This document shows positions 52,530 to 62,632 of a stretch of 64,000 nt of DNA, in pieces. The notes under the pieces were generated by a model. The model had not been told where the DNA came from. It made no database searches and saw only the letters and a list, made by a program, of their open reading frames with translations. Positions within the stretch are counted from its first letter, which is position 1. Each line of letters opens with the position of its first letter. Source of the stretch: Armatimonadota bacterium (GTDB lineage Bacteria; Armatimonadota; Fimbriimonadia; Fimbriimonadales; GBS-DC); the NCBI GenBank assembly GCA_037444405.1, contig JBBIML010000006.1, positions 192,001 to 256,000 on the forward strand, given 5' to 3'. A program made the translations under genes and the position numbers.

Positions 52530-54740
52530 TCAGCAACCGTTGCCGAAATTAAACAGCACGGTTAGCAGGTCGGTGTCGTCCACGGTGTTATCGCCGTTGG
52601 TGTCTTCGGGGAGAGCGCCCGTGCTGCCGAAGGCGAACAGCACTCTTAGCAGATCGCCGTCGTCCACGCAGCCGCTGCCATCGACATCACCGCCGATTGC
52701 CAGCAGTCGGAACGGCAGCGCCGCTTCGCCGCCCGGTATGCCATCACCTGTTGGCAGATTTTCAAAGGTCTCGCCATCCAGCGCCAGACCGGAACTCGCC
52801 GAACGCACCGTGTCCCGCACGCGCAGGATATAGAGATCGGGCTTGAGCGAGCCGGCTGGCGTCAGCACCGCACGGCGATTCGCGCTTTCGTAGCTGAAAC
52901 TCAGGGGGATGTTGCCGACCGTGTTGCCCGACAGGCTGAAGTCGGCGGCGTTCGCCTGCACCTCGGTCTGGAAATAGATTTTGAACTGCGCGGGCGACTG
53001 ACTGAGCGTGCCCATCGGCGGCTCCGTCTCCACAATCACGGGTGGGCCAGGCTGGTACGCCTCCTGCGTCGCGTCCACCTTCAAAATCCACTCGTCGGGG
53101 TCGAACTGCACCGCGCTCACTGTGCCGTTCACGGGCAGCACATAGTACTGCGTGGCGGCGCTGTTCCAGGTGCGCAGGTCCCGATTCGTGCTGCCAATCG
53201 TGGCGCGGATGCCGATGGGCATCGTGTAGATACCGTAGCTGCTGGACTGCACCTGACGGATGGAGAGCAACAGATAGTCTTTATTGTTCACGCGCGTGCT
53301 GCTCCAGCCCCAGCGGTAGCTCGGTGCGCCCACACCGTACACCCAGCGGTCGAAGAACCAGCGCATCGACGCGCCGTACACTTCCTCCGCGACGGCGATG
53401 AAATCTTCGGTGGTCGCGCTGTTGTATTCGAACCGCTGACGGTAGCGACTCAGCAGGTCAAAAAAGCGGGCGTCGCCCAGCACCCAGCGCAGCTGGTGCA
53501 GCACCCACGCGCCTTTACGATAGCTGAAGTTGGAATCGAAGATTTGATTGATGTCGCTGATATCGTAACGGTAGACGCTGCCGTTGACACTGGATGGGCG
53601 TCGAGCCTGCATCGCAGCTTTGAGCGCGGGGAAGCCGCTGCTGCCCGGTTTGAACTCCTCCCAGAGCGCTTCGCAGTAGGTGGCGAAGCCCTCGTTGAGC
53701 CAGATGTCGTGCCAGGTGGCGCAGGTCACCATATCGCCCCACCACTGGTGTGCCAGCTCGTGCGCCGTCAGCGATTCGCCAAAGCCGCCCTGCCCCGTCA
53801 TCGTCTGATGCTCCATCCCACCGCCAAATGGGAACTGGTAGATGCCGTATTTCTCGTTGAAGAACGGATACAGCCCGAACAGGTCGCTGAAGGTGCCCAG
53901 CATCGGGATGCAGCGCTCCCACGCCGCGCGATTGCTGGATGTGTCGTTTTCAGGGTAGATATAGAACACCACGGGCATCGTGGAGCCGTTGTAGGTGAAG
54001 GTGCGCGACCATGTGTTGTAGTTGGTGGCAGCGAACGCCACCAGATAGACTGTGATGGGATAGTCATGCCGATAGCGATAGCGCAGGCGATTGTTCGGCA
54101 GGTTGTCCACGCCCTGCAGGACGCCGTTCGCCGCGACCACCATGCTCGACGGCACAATAATCGAGAAGGTGAGTGTCGCTTTGTCGGTATTCTCGTCTTT
54201 GGCGGGCCACCAGGTGTAGGCGTACCACGGCTCGCTCAGCGTCCACACAATGACCGCGCCTGACGAGCGCGTGGTGAAGTTGAACGAGCCGAACCCCCGC
54301 GAAACGGGCGTGCCCTGATAGTCCACGCGCAGCTGGAAGGTCTCGTTCATCGCATACGGCCGGTCGAAGTCCGCCCGCACGGTGGTGATGCCCTCACGCG
54401 TGAAGCTGATGGGGCGACCGTCGAGCCAAACCCCTGTGATGAGCAGGTTCTCACGCAGGCGGAACCGAAATGCGTTCAGCGTGGGCTGCTTCACCACAAC
54501 GGTCATGACGCAGGTGCCAATCACCTCCTGCGTGCTGGGGCGCACCTCCAGCGTGAGGTCGTAATGTTGCACATCGGTCAGATTCGGGTCCTGCAGCAGG
54601 GAGGTGGGTTCCCATATCGGAAAGGTTTCCGCCGTAAGCGGGGCGGAGCTATAAGCGCGACTGCAGTATTCATATCGTTCGCCTGCCCAGAGGGTCAGGC
54701 ACAACGCCAGTGCTAACCCGGATGCCATAATCGCACGCAT
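52530..54740 (-). CDS. Secreted M1 aminopeptidase with Ig-like domain and dockerin-like C-tail
   Basis: GGMEH, HELAH..WLNEGFA; tail [38 protein letters not shown]. Confidence 0.9.
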   Translation of the reverse strand: MRAIMASGLALALCLTLWAGERYEYCSRAYSSAPLTAETFPIWEPTSLLQDPNLTDVQHYDLTLEVRPSTQEVIGTCVMTVVVKQPTLNAFRFRLRENLLITGVWLDGRPISFTREGITTVRADFDRPYAMNETFQLRVDYQGTPVSRGFGSFNFTTRSSGAVIVWTLSEPWYAYTWWPAKDENTDKATLTFSIIVPSSMVVAANGVLQGVDNLPNNRLRYRYRHDYPITVYLVAFAATNYNTWSRTFTYNGSTMPVVFYIYPENDTSSNRAAWERCIPMLGTFSDLFGLYPFFNEKYGIYQFPFGGGMEHQTMTGQGGFGESLTAHELAHQWWGDMVTCATWHDIWLNEGFATYCEALWEEFKPGSSGFPALKAAMQARRPSSVNGSVYRYDISDINQIFDSNFSYRKGAWVLHQLRWVLGDARFFDLLSRYRQRFEYNSATTEDFIAVAEEVYGASMRWFFDRWVYGVGAPSYRWGWSSTRVNNKDYLLLSIRQVQSSSYGIYTMPIGIRATIGSTNRDLRTWNSAATQYYVLPVNGTVSAVQFDPDEWILKVDATQEAYQPGPPVIVETEPPMGTLSQSPAQFKIYFQTEVQANAADFSLSGNTVGNIPLSFSYESANRRAVLTPAGSLKPDLYILRVRDTVRSASSGLALDGETFENLPTGDGIPGGEAALPFRLLAIGGDVDGSGCVDDGDLLRVLFAFGSTGALPEDTNGDNTVDDTDLLTVLFNFGNGC

Positions 54741-54770
54741 GGTGTTATTATAGCCCACAGCGGCTGGTCA

Positions 54771-56180
54771 TCAGCACAGCTGGTACTCCGGGCTGGCAAA
54801 GATGATTTGCAGCGCACCGTTGATGATGCTGGTGTCGCGGGATGCGAGCGCGTTCAGCCCACCTCTGGACTGGAGATATTCGATCAGCTTGCGACGGGTC
54901 TCCTTCTGCAGGCGCACATCGAGCGTCTGTTCCAGTCGGTCGACGAAGGTCTCCAGGCTGTCAGGCGCGGTTTCACCGACGAGGGTGGCGAGCGTGGTGA
55001 GCGCGGGGCGTGGGTTGCGCCCGCGCCCGCCTGCACCGACCGCGGGTCCCGTCAACACCTGTGCGAAGCGCATGCGCTCCAGCATCGTGCTGGAGCTGAT
55101 CCATGCGGTGCCCCAGTCCCAGCCGGCGACGGAGGGCGGATAGAGCGGCGCCTGCCCCATGCGGCGCATCCACTGCCCTGTCAGGCGCAGGAACGCCAGC
55201 AGCACGCGCTGTCCCGCCGCCGCGCTCAGGTTCACCTCGCGCAGTCGCTCGCCGATGCCCACCGCCCGCAAAGTGCCAATCACGAACTCTATGGGGCTTT
55301 TGATGCGCCGGCGGATAGCCCGCTCGCTCCAGAACGGCGCAGACAGCAGCAGCTGGCGCAACAACGCCTTGATCTCGTAGCCTGATTCGGTGAATACCCG
55401 TGCCAGCATCGCGACCACCTTCTCGTCGGGCGGGTCGATGTCGTTGATGAAGTGGCGGTAGAACTTGCGGGCGATGAAGGTGGCAGTGGCGGGATGCTGA
55501 ACTGCGATTCGCACGATGTCGTCGCCGTTGAAGTTGCCGCGTTTGCCCAGAAACACCTTTTCGCCCTCATCGTGCTGGGCGCGATTGAACACGAACGCGC
55601 CCGTTACGCGGCTAAAGGTCCAGCCCGTGAAGGCGCGTGCCGCCTCCTTGATGTCCTGCTCGGTGTAGTTGCCGATGCCCATCGTGAACAGCTCCAGCAG
55701 CTCGCGGGCGAAGTTCTCGTTCGGCTTGCCTTTCACATTCCGAAAGCCGTCCAGCCACACCAGCATTGCGGGGTCGCGCGCCACCTCCAGCACCAGCGTC
55801 TGGAAGTTGCCCACGCCCAGCCGCTGGAAGAGCTGAATCTGCATTAGCATCAGTCGTCCGTCGTTCACTTTGGAGGCGGAGGTGGCGAAATGGTTGTGCC
55901 AGAAGAGCGCCATGCGCTCCTGTAGCGGGCGGCGCGTCACCAGCATGCGGTAGACCCACCAGCCGACGACCATCGGCGGCTGCAGGCGTGGATTATCGCC
56001 CTGCAGCAGGCTCACAATCGCGGCGTCGTCAATCTCTTCTGGCTCCTGATCGTAGCGCAGTAATGCGTCGATGGTGCCCTCGACGCCCAGCGGCAGGTAG
56101 CGCTCCAGTTCCGTCTGGCTTGCGCCCAGCCCTGCTCGCCGCAACAGGTGTGCCAGTCGCTCCCGCAGCGTGCTTTGCAT
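54771..56180 (-). CDS. DUF1800 protein
   Basis: HLLRRAG, FWHNHFAT, NENFARELLELF, PPSVAGW. Confidence 0.9.
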   Translation of the reverse strand: MQSTLRERLAHLLRRAGLGASQTELERYLPLGVEGTIDALLRYDQEPEEIDDAAIVSLLQGDNPRLQPPMVVGWWVYRMLVTRRPLQERMALFWHNHFATSASKVNDGRLMLMQIQLFQRLGVGNFQTLVLEVARDPAMLVWLDGFRNVKGKPNENFARELLELFTMGIGNYTEQDIKEAARAFTGWTFSRVTGAFVFNRAQHDEGEKVFLGKRGNFNGDDIVRIAVQHPATATFIARKFYRHFINDIDPPDEKVVAMLARVFTESGYEIKALLRQLLLSAPFWSERAIRRRIKSPIEFVIGTLRAVGIGERLREVNLSAAAGQRVLLAFLRLTGQWMRRMGQAPLYPPSVAGWDWGTAWISSSTMLERMRFAQVLTGPAVGAGGRGRNPRPALTTLATLVGETAPDSLETFVDRLEQTLDVRLQKETRRKLIEYLQSRGGLNALASRDTSIINGALQIIFASPEYQLC

Positions 56181-56196
56181 AGCGTCCTCCTTGCTA

Positions 56197-56223
56197 TTAG
56201 ACGCTTCGCAACAGTATCGGTTC
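56197..56223 (-). promoter_or_regulatory. ECF-sigma-like promoter GAAC-N16-CGTCTAA
   Basis: Upstream of the DUF1800 RBS. Confidence 0.5.
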
Positions 56224-56225
56224 GA

Positions 56226-57521
56226 TTACTCAAGCCCAACGCGCTGGGCGGTGGCTGGCAGGTGGCGCAGGTGATGCTCCAGGTTCAGGCACTCGCGAAT
56301 CTCCGCTTCGGTCAGCACGGCGCGGATGTCCGCATCGGTCAGCAGGGCGTCCAGAAAGGCGATGTTTTCGTCCCACACGCGCGCGGCGTTGCGCTGCACC
56401 AGCCGATAGGCATGCTCGCGCCCAAGCCCTTTGCGAATCAGCGCCAGCATCACATGCTCGCTGTAGGGCAAGCCGCGCAGCAGCTCCAGATTGCGACGCA
56501 TCTGGTCAGGAAACACCACCAGCCCCTGCAGGATGCTGGTGAACTTGGTGAGAATCCAGTGGACGAGCGTGCAGGTGTCGGGCAGGGCGATGCGCTCCAC
56601 GCTGGAGTTGGTCAGGTCGCGTTCGTGCCAGGTGCAGACGCTCTCCAGCACAGCGAGCAGGTTGCCCCGCACGATGCGGGATAGCCCGCTGATGGTCTCG
56701 CAGTTCCACGGGTTGCGCTTGTGGGGCATGGCGGACGACCCAGTTTGACCCTGCGCGAACGGCTCCTGCACCTCGCGAATCTCGGTGCGCTGGAGGTTGC
56801 GAATCTCGGTGGCGAACTTCTCCAGCGAGGCAGCCAGCACAGCCAGATTCGCCATCAGTGTCGCGTGGCGGTCGCGAGCCACAATCTGCGTGGCGGCGGG
56901 GTCGGGTTTCAAGCCGAGCTTTGCGCACACATACTCCTCCACGCGCGGGTCGATCTGGGCGTGGATGCCGACCGCGCCTGCGATCTTGCCGACACTGATT
57001 TCTTCCTTCGCCCGCTGGAGCCGCTCGCGATGGCGTGCCATCTCGGCGTACCAGCCCATCAGTTTGAAGCCGAAGGTGATGGGTTCGGCGTGGACGCCGT
57101 GCGTGCGCCCGATCATCGGCGTGTGCAGATGCTCCTTTGCCAGCCGTGCAATCTCGCGCATGAGAGCATCGCACGCTTCGATAATCACCTCCAGCGATTG
57201 CTTGAGTCGCAGGGCAAGCGCGGTGTCCACCACATCGTAGGAGGTGATGCCGAAGTGGATCCAGCGCCCTTCCTCGCCCACATTCTCGGCGAGGTTCAGC
57301 ACGAACGCCATCACATCGTGGCGGGTGAGCTGCTCCAGCTCAGCGATGCGTTGGAGGTCAAATCGGGCGCGCTCGCGGATGGCGTGGGACGCCTCCTGCG
57401 GGATGTAGCCGTAATGCGCCAGCCCCTCGCAGACTGCCACCTCCACCTCCAGCCAGGTGCGATACTTGTTCTCCTCGCTCCAGATCGCCTGCATCTCAGG
57501 CGTGGTGTAGCGCTCAATCAT
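56226..57521 (-). CDS. purB: Adenylosuccinate lyase
   Basis: GRTHG, GSSAMPHKRNP. Confidence 0.96.
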   Translation of the reverse strand: MIERYTTPEMQAIWSEENKYRTWLEVEVAVCEGLAHYGYIPQEASHAIRERARFDLQRIAELEQLTRHDVMAFVLNLAENVGEEGRWIHFGITSYDVVDTALALRLKQSLEVIIEACDALMREIARLAKEHLHTPMIGRTHGVHAEPITFGFKLMGWYAEMARHRERLQRAKEEISVGKIAGAVGIHAQIDPRVEEYVCAKLGLKPDPAATQIVARDRHATLMANLAVLAASLEKFATEIRNLQRTEIREVQEPFAQGQTGSSAMPHKRNPWNCETISGLSRIVRGNLLAVLESVCTWHERDLTNSSVERIALPDTCTLVHWILTKFTSILQGLVVFPDQMRRNLELLRGLPYSEHVMLALIRKGLGREHAYRLVQRNAARVWDENIAFLDALLTDADIRAVLTEAEIRECLNLEHHLRHLPATAQRVGLE

Positions 57522-57590
57522 GACGATTCCAGATGATACCTGCTACTGAAGCGGCTTCTGGGGTATAATCCCTTCTGTGAGGTGAGAGTG

Positions 57591-58511
57591 ATGGTGACGA
57601 CGACCCCGGTAAAGCGATTGTCGCTGAATGAGATGGCGCATCTGAACACAGGCAAGCGCACGCGCCTGTATCGGATGATGTATCAGTTCGGACCTGCGAA
57701 CGGCACGCTGATGATACTGCCCTACGATCAGGGGCTGGAGCATGGACCGCGCGACTTTTTCCCCTATCCGCCGTCGGCTGACCCCGAATACATCTGCCAG
57801 CTGGCGATTGAGGGCGGCTTTTCGGCGGTCGTGTTCCAGTACGGCATCGCCGAGAAGACCATCGCGAAGTTCGCGGGGCGTATCCCGCTGATCCTGAAGC
57901 TCAACGGCAAGACGGAGATTCCGTCCGACGCGCAGGCGCTGTCGCCGCTGAACTCGCGGGTGGAGGACGCGGTTCGGCTCGGCGCCGATGCGGTCGGCTA
58001 CACGCTCTATGTCGGCTCGCCGCGCCAGGATGAGGACTTCCGCCAGTTTATGGAGGTGCGCGAGGCGGCGGAGCGGTACGGCATGCCGCTGATCGTGTGG
58101 TCGTACCCGCGCGGCGAGGCGGTGGAAGCGAAAGGCGGGCGCGATAGCCTGTGGGCAGTCGACTATGCGGCACGCGCGGCTGCTGAGCTGGGCGCCGATG
58201 TGGTCAAAATCAACTTCCCGAAGCTCGCCCCACCCGAAAAGCGCGCCCTGCACCCCAAGCCGTACAACGAGCTGGAAGAGAGCGACGAGGAGCGCATCCG
58301 CCGTGTCATCGCCTCCGCGCCCGGCACCTTCGTGATTATCTCCGGCGGCGAAAAGGGCAACGACGAGGATGTGCTGAACAAGGTGCGCCTGTCGATGGAA
58401 GCGGGTGCGACCGGACTCATCTTCGGGCGCAACATCTGGCAACGCCCCTACGAGGAGGCGATGCGCATCATCGGGCAGATTCGTGACATCCTGCTCCAGT
58501 ACCCGCGCTGA
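57591..58511 (+). CDS. Class I (DhnA-type) fructose-bisphosphate aldolase
   Basis: [20 protein letters not shown]. Confidence 0.9.
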   Translation: MVTTTPVKRLSLNEMAHLNTGKRTRLYRMMYQFGPANGTLMILPYDQGLEHGPRDFFPYPPSADPEYICQLAIEGGFSAVVFQYGIAEKTIAKFAGRIPLILKLNGKTEIPSDAQALSPLNSRVEDAVRLGADAVGYTLYVGSPRQDEDFRQFMEVREAAERYGMPLIVWSYPRGEAVEAKGGRDSLWAVDYAARAAAELGADVVKINFPKLAPPEKRALHPKPYNELEESDEERIRRVIASAPGTFVIISGGEKGNDEDVLNKVRLSMEAGATGLIFGRNIWQRPYEEAMRIIGQIRDILLQYPR

Positions 58512-58522
58512 ACACAGAGAGG

Positions 58523-59203
58523 ATGGAACTGATCGCACCGTCGGCGGTCGTTCTGCTTTCGGGCGGGCAGGACAGCACCACCTGCCTCTACTGGGCGAAG
58601 CAGCGCTTCGCCCAAATCTATGCGCTGACCTTCGACTACGGTCAGCGCCACCGCATCGAGCTGGACGCCGCCCGCACGATCGCGCAGATGGCAGGCGTGG
58701 CACAGCACCGCATTCTGCGCATAACGGAGCTGGAGCAGCTGGGCGGCTCTGCCCTGCTCACTGATATGCCCATTCAGGAGACCGGCGGGCGCGGCAACCT
58801 GCCCAACACCTTCGTGCCCGGACGCAATCTGCTCTTTCTGGTGCTGGCTGCTGCGTGGGCGTACCAGCTGGAGTGCCACCACCTCGTCGGCGGCATGTGT
58901 CAGACCGACTATTCGGGCTATCCCGACTGCCGCCGCGCCACCATCGACGCTCTGGAGCAAGCCATTCGGCTCGGCATGGAGTGGGACATCACCATCCACA
59001 CCCCGCTGATGGATCTCACGAAAGCGGAGAGCGTGCGTCTGGCGCTGGAGGTGGGCGCGATGGAGGCGCTGGCGTACTCCCACACCTGCTACGAGGGGCG
59101 GTTCCCGCCATGCGGAACTTGCCCCGCCTGCCGCCTGCGTGCCAGAGGCTTCGAGGAGGCAGGCGTTGAGGACCCGCTCCTCGCCCGCGCCCGCCGCATG
59201 TGA
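58523..59203 (+). CDS. queC: 7-cyano-7-deazaguanine synthase
   Basis: SGGQDS, YGQRH, VPGRN, YPDCR, CGTCPAC. Confidence 0.95.
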   Translation: MELIAPSAVVLLSGGQDSTTCLYWAKQRFAQIYALTFDYGQRHRIELDAARTIAQMAGVAQHRILRITELEQLGGSALLTDMPIQETGGRGNLPNTFVPGRNLLFLVLAAAWAYQLECHHLVGGMCQTDYSGYPDCRRATIDALEQAIRLGMEWDITIHTPLMDLTKAESVRLALEVGAMEALAYSHTCYEGRFPPCGTCPACRLRARGFEEAGVEDPLLARARRM

Positions 59204-59246
59204 ACCGTACAGCAGGTATACTCCACACCGACGGAGGAGAACAACC

Positions 59247-60710
59247 ATGCCATACATCACCGAATCGGGCAAAAAGCTGATCACGGTCATTCCGGGCGAC
59301 GGCGTTGGACCCGAATGCATCGGCGCCGCGCTGCGAATCTTAGAAGCGGTCGGCGCACCCATCGAGTGGGAAGTGCGCGAGGCAGGCGCCAGCGTGTTCA
59401 AAAAGGGTCTCGAAAGCGGCGTGCCGCCCGAAACCATCGAATCGATCCGCAAAACGCGCGTGGTACTCAAAGGTCCGCTGGAGACCCCTGTCGGCTATGG
59501 CGAAAAGAGCGCGAATGTTACCCTGCGCAAGCTGTTCGAAACCTACGCGAATGTGCGCCCCGTGCGCGAGATGCCCAATGTGCCCACACCCTACAGCGGA
59601 CGCGGCATCGACCTGGTGGTGGTGCGCGAAAATGTGGAAGACCTCTACGCGGGGATCGAGTATATGCAGACGCCGGGCGTGGCGCAGGCGCTCAAGCTCA
59701 TCTCCCGCAAAGGCTGCGAAAAAATTGTGCGATTTGCCTTCGAGCTGGCACGCGCCGAAGGACGCACAAAAGTTCACTGCGCCACCAAGTCGAACATCAT
59801 GAAGTTCAGCGAGGGCATGCTCAAGCGCGTGTTTGAAGAGATTGCGCCCGAATATCCCGATATTGAGGCGAACCATATTATTGTGGACAACTGCGCCCAC
59901 CAGCTGGTCAAGCGCCCGGAGCAGTTCGAAGTGATAGTGACCACCAACATGAACGGCGATATTTTGAGCGATTTGACCTCCGCACTGATTGGCGGGCTGG
60001 GCTTCGCGCCATCAGCCAACATAGGCAACGAGGTCGCCATCTTCGAAGCGGTTCACGGCTCCGCGCCCAAATACGCGGGCAAGAATGTGATTAACCCGAC
60101 GGCGGTCATCCTGTCGGCGGTGATGATGCTGCGCTATTTGGGCGAGTTCGAAGCGGCGGCGACCATCGAGAACGCCCTGCTCTACACCCTTGAAGAGGGC
60201 AAGGTGCGCACGGGCGATGTGGTCGGCTACGACCGCTGCAACACCACCACCGAGTACACCGATGCGATTATCGCCAATCTGGGCAAGAAGCCATCCACGA
60301 CCTTCGTGCGCGAATACCGCCCCATCCGGCTGCCGCAGGTGTCGCCCGACCCTGCGAGCGTTCGCCCGAATCAGCGGCGCGTGGTGGGCGTGGATGTGTT
60401 CGTAGAGACCGAGCTGATGCCCGAACCGCTGGGGCAACTGCTGGAGACGCTCGCCGCCGAATCGCCTTTCTACCTCAAAATGGTCTCCAATCGCGGCACG
60501 AAGGTGTACCCGCCCACGGGCGCCATCACCGATGTGGTGGATCACTATCGGTGCCGATTCCTGTTGCGCGACCCGGCAGGCGATGCCACCGACGCGCAGA
60601 TTCTCGAGCTGGTTCAGCGCATCGGCAGCCGCCTGCGCTGGATGCACATCGAGAAGCTCAATGAGTTCGATGGCGCACAGGGCTTCACCAAAGCGCAGGG
60701 CGAGGACTGA
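59247..60710 (+). CDS. icd: Isocitrate dehydrogenase (Thermus-type, C-terminal extension)
   Basis: GDGVGPE, SANVTLRK, NMNGDILSD, EAVHGSAP. Confidence 0.93.
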   Translation: MPYITESGKKLITVIPGDGVGPECIGAALRILEAVGAPIEWEVREAGASVFKKGLESGVPPETIESIRKTRVVLKGPLETPVGYGEKSANVTLRKLFETYANVRPVREMPNVPTPYSGRGIDLVVVRENVEDLYAGIEYMQTPGVAQALKLISRKGCEKIVRFAFELARAEGRTKVHCATKSNIMKFSEGMLKRVFEEIAPEYPDIEANHIIVDNCAHQLVKRPEQFEVIVTTNMNGDILSDLTSALIGGLGFAPSANIGNEVAIFEAVHGSAPKYAGKNVINPTAVILSAVMMLRYLGEFEAAATIENALLYTLEEGKVRTGDVVGYDRCNTTTEYTDAIIANLGKKPSTTFVREYRPIRLPQVSPDPASVRPNQRRVVGVDVFVETELMPEPLGQLLETLAAESPFYLKMVSNRGTKVYPPTGAITDVVDHYRCRFLLRDPAGDATDAQILELVQRIGSRLRWMHIEKLNEFDGAQGFTKAQGED

Positions 60711-61321
60711 TCAACCTCGCCCGATTCGGGCGTGAAAAGGCGTTGCTGGATCAGGGCGGCGACGGGTTCGAAGGTGCGCCGATGGATGGGCGAGGGACCG
60801 AGCCGCTGGAGCTGGCGCAGGTGGAACGGCGTCGCGTAGCCCTTGTGCTGGGCGAAGCCGTAGCCCGGATAGAGGCGATCATATTCACACATGAGCCTGT
60901 CGCGCACCACCTTGGCAAGGATGGAGGCGGCGGCAATGCGCTCATCGAGGGCATCGCCATCGATGAGCGTGCGCTGTGGCAGGACGCAACCCTCAATCGC
61001 GTGGCGACCGTCGATGAGCAGTTCATCGGGCACGATGGGGAGGCTTTCAACGGCGCGGCGCATCGCCAGCAGACTCGCACGCAGAATGTTCATCTGCTCG
61101 ATCTCGCGCGGGGTGGCGATGCCGACCGCCCACGCCAGCGCGACCGTGCGGATCGCCTCGAAGAGCTGCTCGCGCACAGGCGCGGTCAACTGCTTGCTAT
61201 CACGAATGGTGCTGAGGGGGTGGTTTGGCGGCAGGATCACGCAGGCGGCGACCACGGGACCCGCCAACGGACCGCGCCCCGCTTCGTCCACGCCCGCCAC
61301 CCATCGCCGCGCCACCTGCAT
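60614..61321 (-). CDS. rnhB: Ribonuclease HII
   Basis: VDEAGRGPLAGPV, DSK, IDG, AASILAKV, HKGY. Confidence 0.93.
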   Translation of the reverse strand: MQVARRWVAGVDEAGRGPLAGPVVAACVILPPNHPLSTIRDSKQLTAPVREQLFEAIRTVALAWAVGIATPREIEQMNILRASLLAMRRAVESLPIVPDELLIDGRHAIEGCVLPQRTLIDGDALDERIAAASILAKVVRDRLMCEYDRLYPGYGFAQHKGYATPFHLRQLQRLGPSPIHRRTFEPVAALIQQRLFTPESGEVDQSSPCALVKPCAPSNSLSFSMCIQRRRLPMR

Positions 61322-61377
61322 CGCCCGATGCGATTCGCCGTCTGTCGCGTGGCTCCTGCTGGGGCGCATAGCGGTGC

Positions 61378-61415
61378 GCCCCTCACCCCTACCCTCTCCC
61401 CAGAGGGGAGAGGGG
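61378..61415. repeat. REP-like palindrome
   Basis: CCCCTCACCCCTACCCTCTCCCC-AGA-GGGGAGAGGGG. Confidence 0.7.
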
Positions 61416-61440
61416 CTTAGCGGCTCCCTCTGGCACTCGC

Positions 61441-61476
61441 AAAAAGAAAATGCCGGGGCTCCGCCCCGGCATTTTC
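61441..61476 (-). terminator. Intrinsic terminator
   Basis: Minus strand GAAAATGCCGGGGC-GGA-GCCCCGGCATTTTC-TTTTT. Confidence 0.75.
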
Positions 61477-61561
61477 GCGCTACGATTGCCCGTAGATTCA
61501 CCTCGCGCTGAGGTTGTCGAGAGTGGCAACCTCCTTGCGAGGGCAGGCTTTGCTCCCCTAC
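61441..61561 (-). ncRNA. Putative sigma54-dependent small RNA (~120 nt)
   Basis: A sigma54 box lies 12 nt upstream; three hairpins are followed by a 14-bp terminator and U tract; no plausible ORF. Confidence 0.55.
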
Positions 61562-61572
61562 CTTTCCTTGCA

Positions 61573-61587
61573 GCAACTTTTGTGCCA
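61573..61587 (-). promoter_or_regulatory. sigma54 (-24/-12) promoter
   Basis: Minus strand TGGCAC-AAAAG-TTGC. Confidence 0.65.
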
Positions 61588-61621
61588 CACGCGCCCTTTC
61601 GCTGTCGGGTATGCTCAAAAC

Positions 61622-62632
61622 ATGGGGCAAACGGTGCTGATCACAGGCGGCGCAGGCTTCATCGGCAGCCATCTGACCCTCTATCTGCTGCGCCACTATC
61701 CCGACTATCGGGTGCGCGTGCTGGATGCGCTCACCTACGCGGGCAACCGCGAGAATTTGAAGGAAGCGGAGGGCGACCCACGCTTCGAGTTCATCCATGC
61801 CGATGTGCGCGACCGTCAGGCGGTGCAGACCGCGATGCAGGGCGTGCAACTCGTGGCGCACCTGGCTGCCGAAACGCATGTCGACCGCTCCATCCTGAAC
61901 CCCGACGCCTTCATCACCACCGATGTGTATGGCACCTTCGTGGTGCTGGAGGCGGCGCGGCAGGCGGGCGTTGAGCGGTTTCTGCATGTCAGCACCGACG
62001 AGGTGTATGGTCCCGCTGGGGAAGGCGCCTGCACAGAGGATTCGCCCCTGCGTCCGAGCAGCCCCTACGCCGCCAGCAAGGCGAGCGCCGACCTGCTGGC
62101 GCAAGCCTATCACCGGACCTACGGGCTGCCCGTGCTGATTGTGCGCCCCAGCAACACCTTCGGACCGCGCCAGTACCCCGAAAAGCTGATCCCCTTCTTC
62201 GTCACGCGCGCCCTTCAGGATCAACCGCTGCCCCTCTATGGCGACGGGCAGCAGGTGCGCGACTGGCTCTATGTGGATGACCATGTGCGTGCGCTCGATC
62301 TTGTGCTGCACAGGGGTCAGGTCGGCTCCATCTACAACATCGCGGCGAACAACGAGCGCACGAATCTCGAAATCACCCGCCGCATTCTGACCATTCTCGG
62401 CAAGCCAGAGACGCTGATCCAGTTCGTGAAGGACCGCCCGGGGCACGATCGTCGCTACGCGCTGGACACCCGTCGCATCCGTGCGCTGGGCTGGCAGCCG
62501 CAGGCAGATTTTGAGGACGCGCTGCGCGAGACGGTGCTGTGGTATGTGCAGAATCGCGACTGGTGGCAGCGCATCCTGCAGGAGCAGGTCGAATACAGGC
62601 AGTTCGTGCAGGCGTGGTATGAGCGTCGTTAG
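61622..62632 (+). CDS. rfbB: dTDP-glucose 4,6-dehydratase
   Basis: GGAGFIG, LTYAGN, AAETHVDRSI, STDEVYG, YAASK, DRPGHDRRY. Confidence 0.94.
   Translation: MGQTVLITGGAGFIGSHLTLYLLRHYPDYRVRVLDALTYAGNRENLKEAEGDPRFEFIHADVRDRQAVQTAMQGVQLVAHLAAETHVDRSILNPDAFITTDVYGTFVVLEAARQAGVERFLHVSTDEVYGPAGEGACTEDSPLRPSSPYAASKASADLLAQAYHRTYGLPVLIVRPSNTFGPRQYPEKLIPFFVTRALQDQPLPLYGDGQQVRDWLYVDDHVRALDLVLHRGQVGSIYNIAANNERTNLEITRRILTILGKPETLIQFVKDRPGHDRRYALDTRRIRALGWQPQADFEDALRETVLWYVQNRDWWQRILQEQVEYRQFVQAWYERR

Noticed and set aside
61520..61590. c-di-GMP-I riboswitch (GCAAAGCC...GGTTGCC resemblance)
   Set aside because: It lacks the GGCAAAC/GNRA stem and the tetraloop-receptor spacing; the upstream part is better explained as a sigma54 box.
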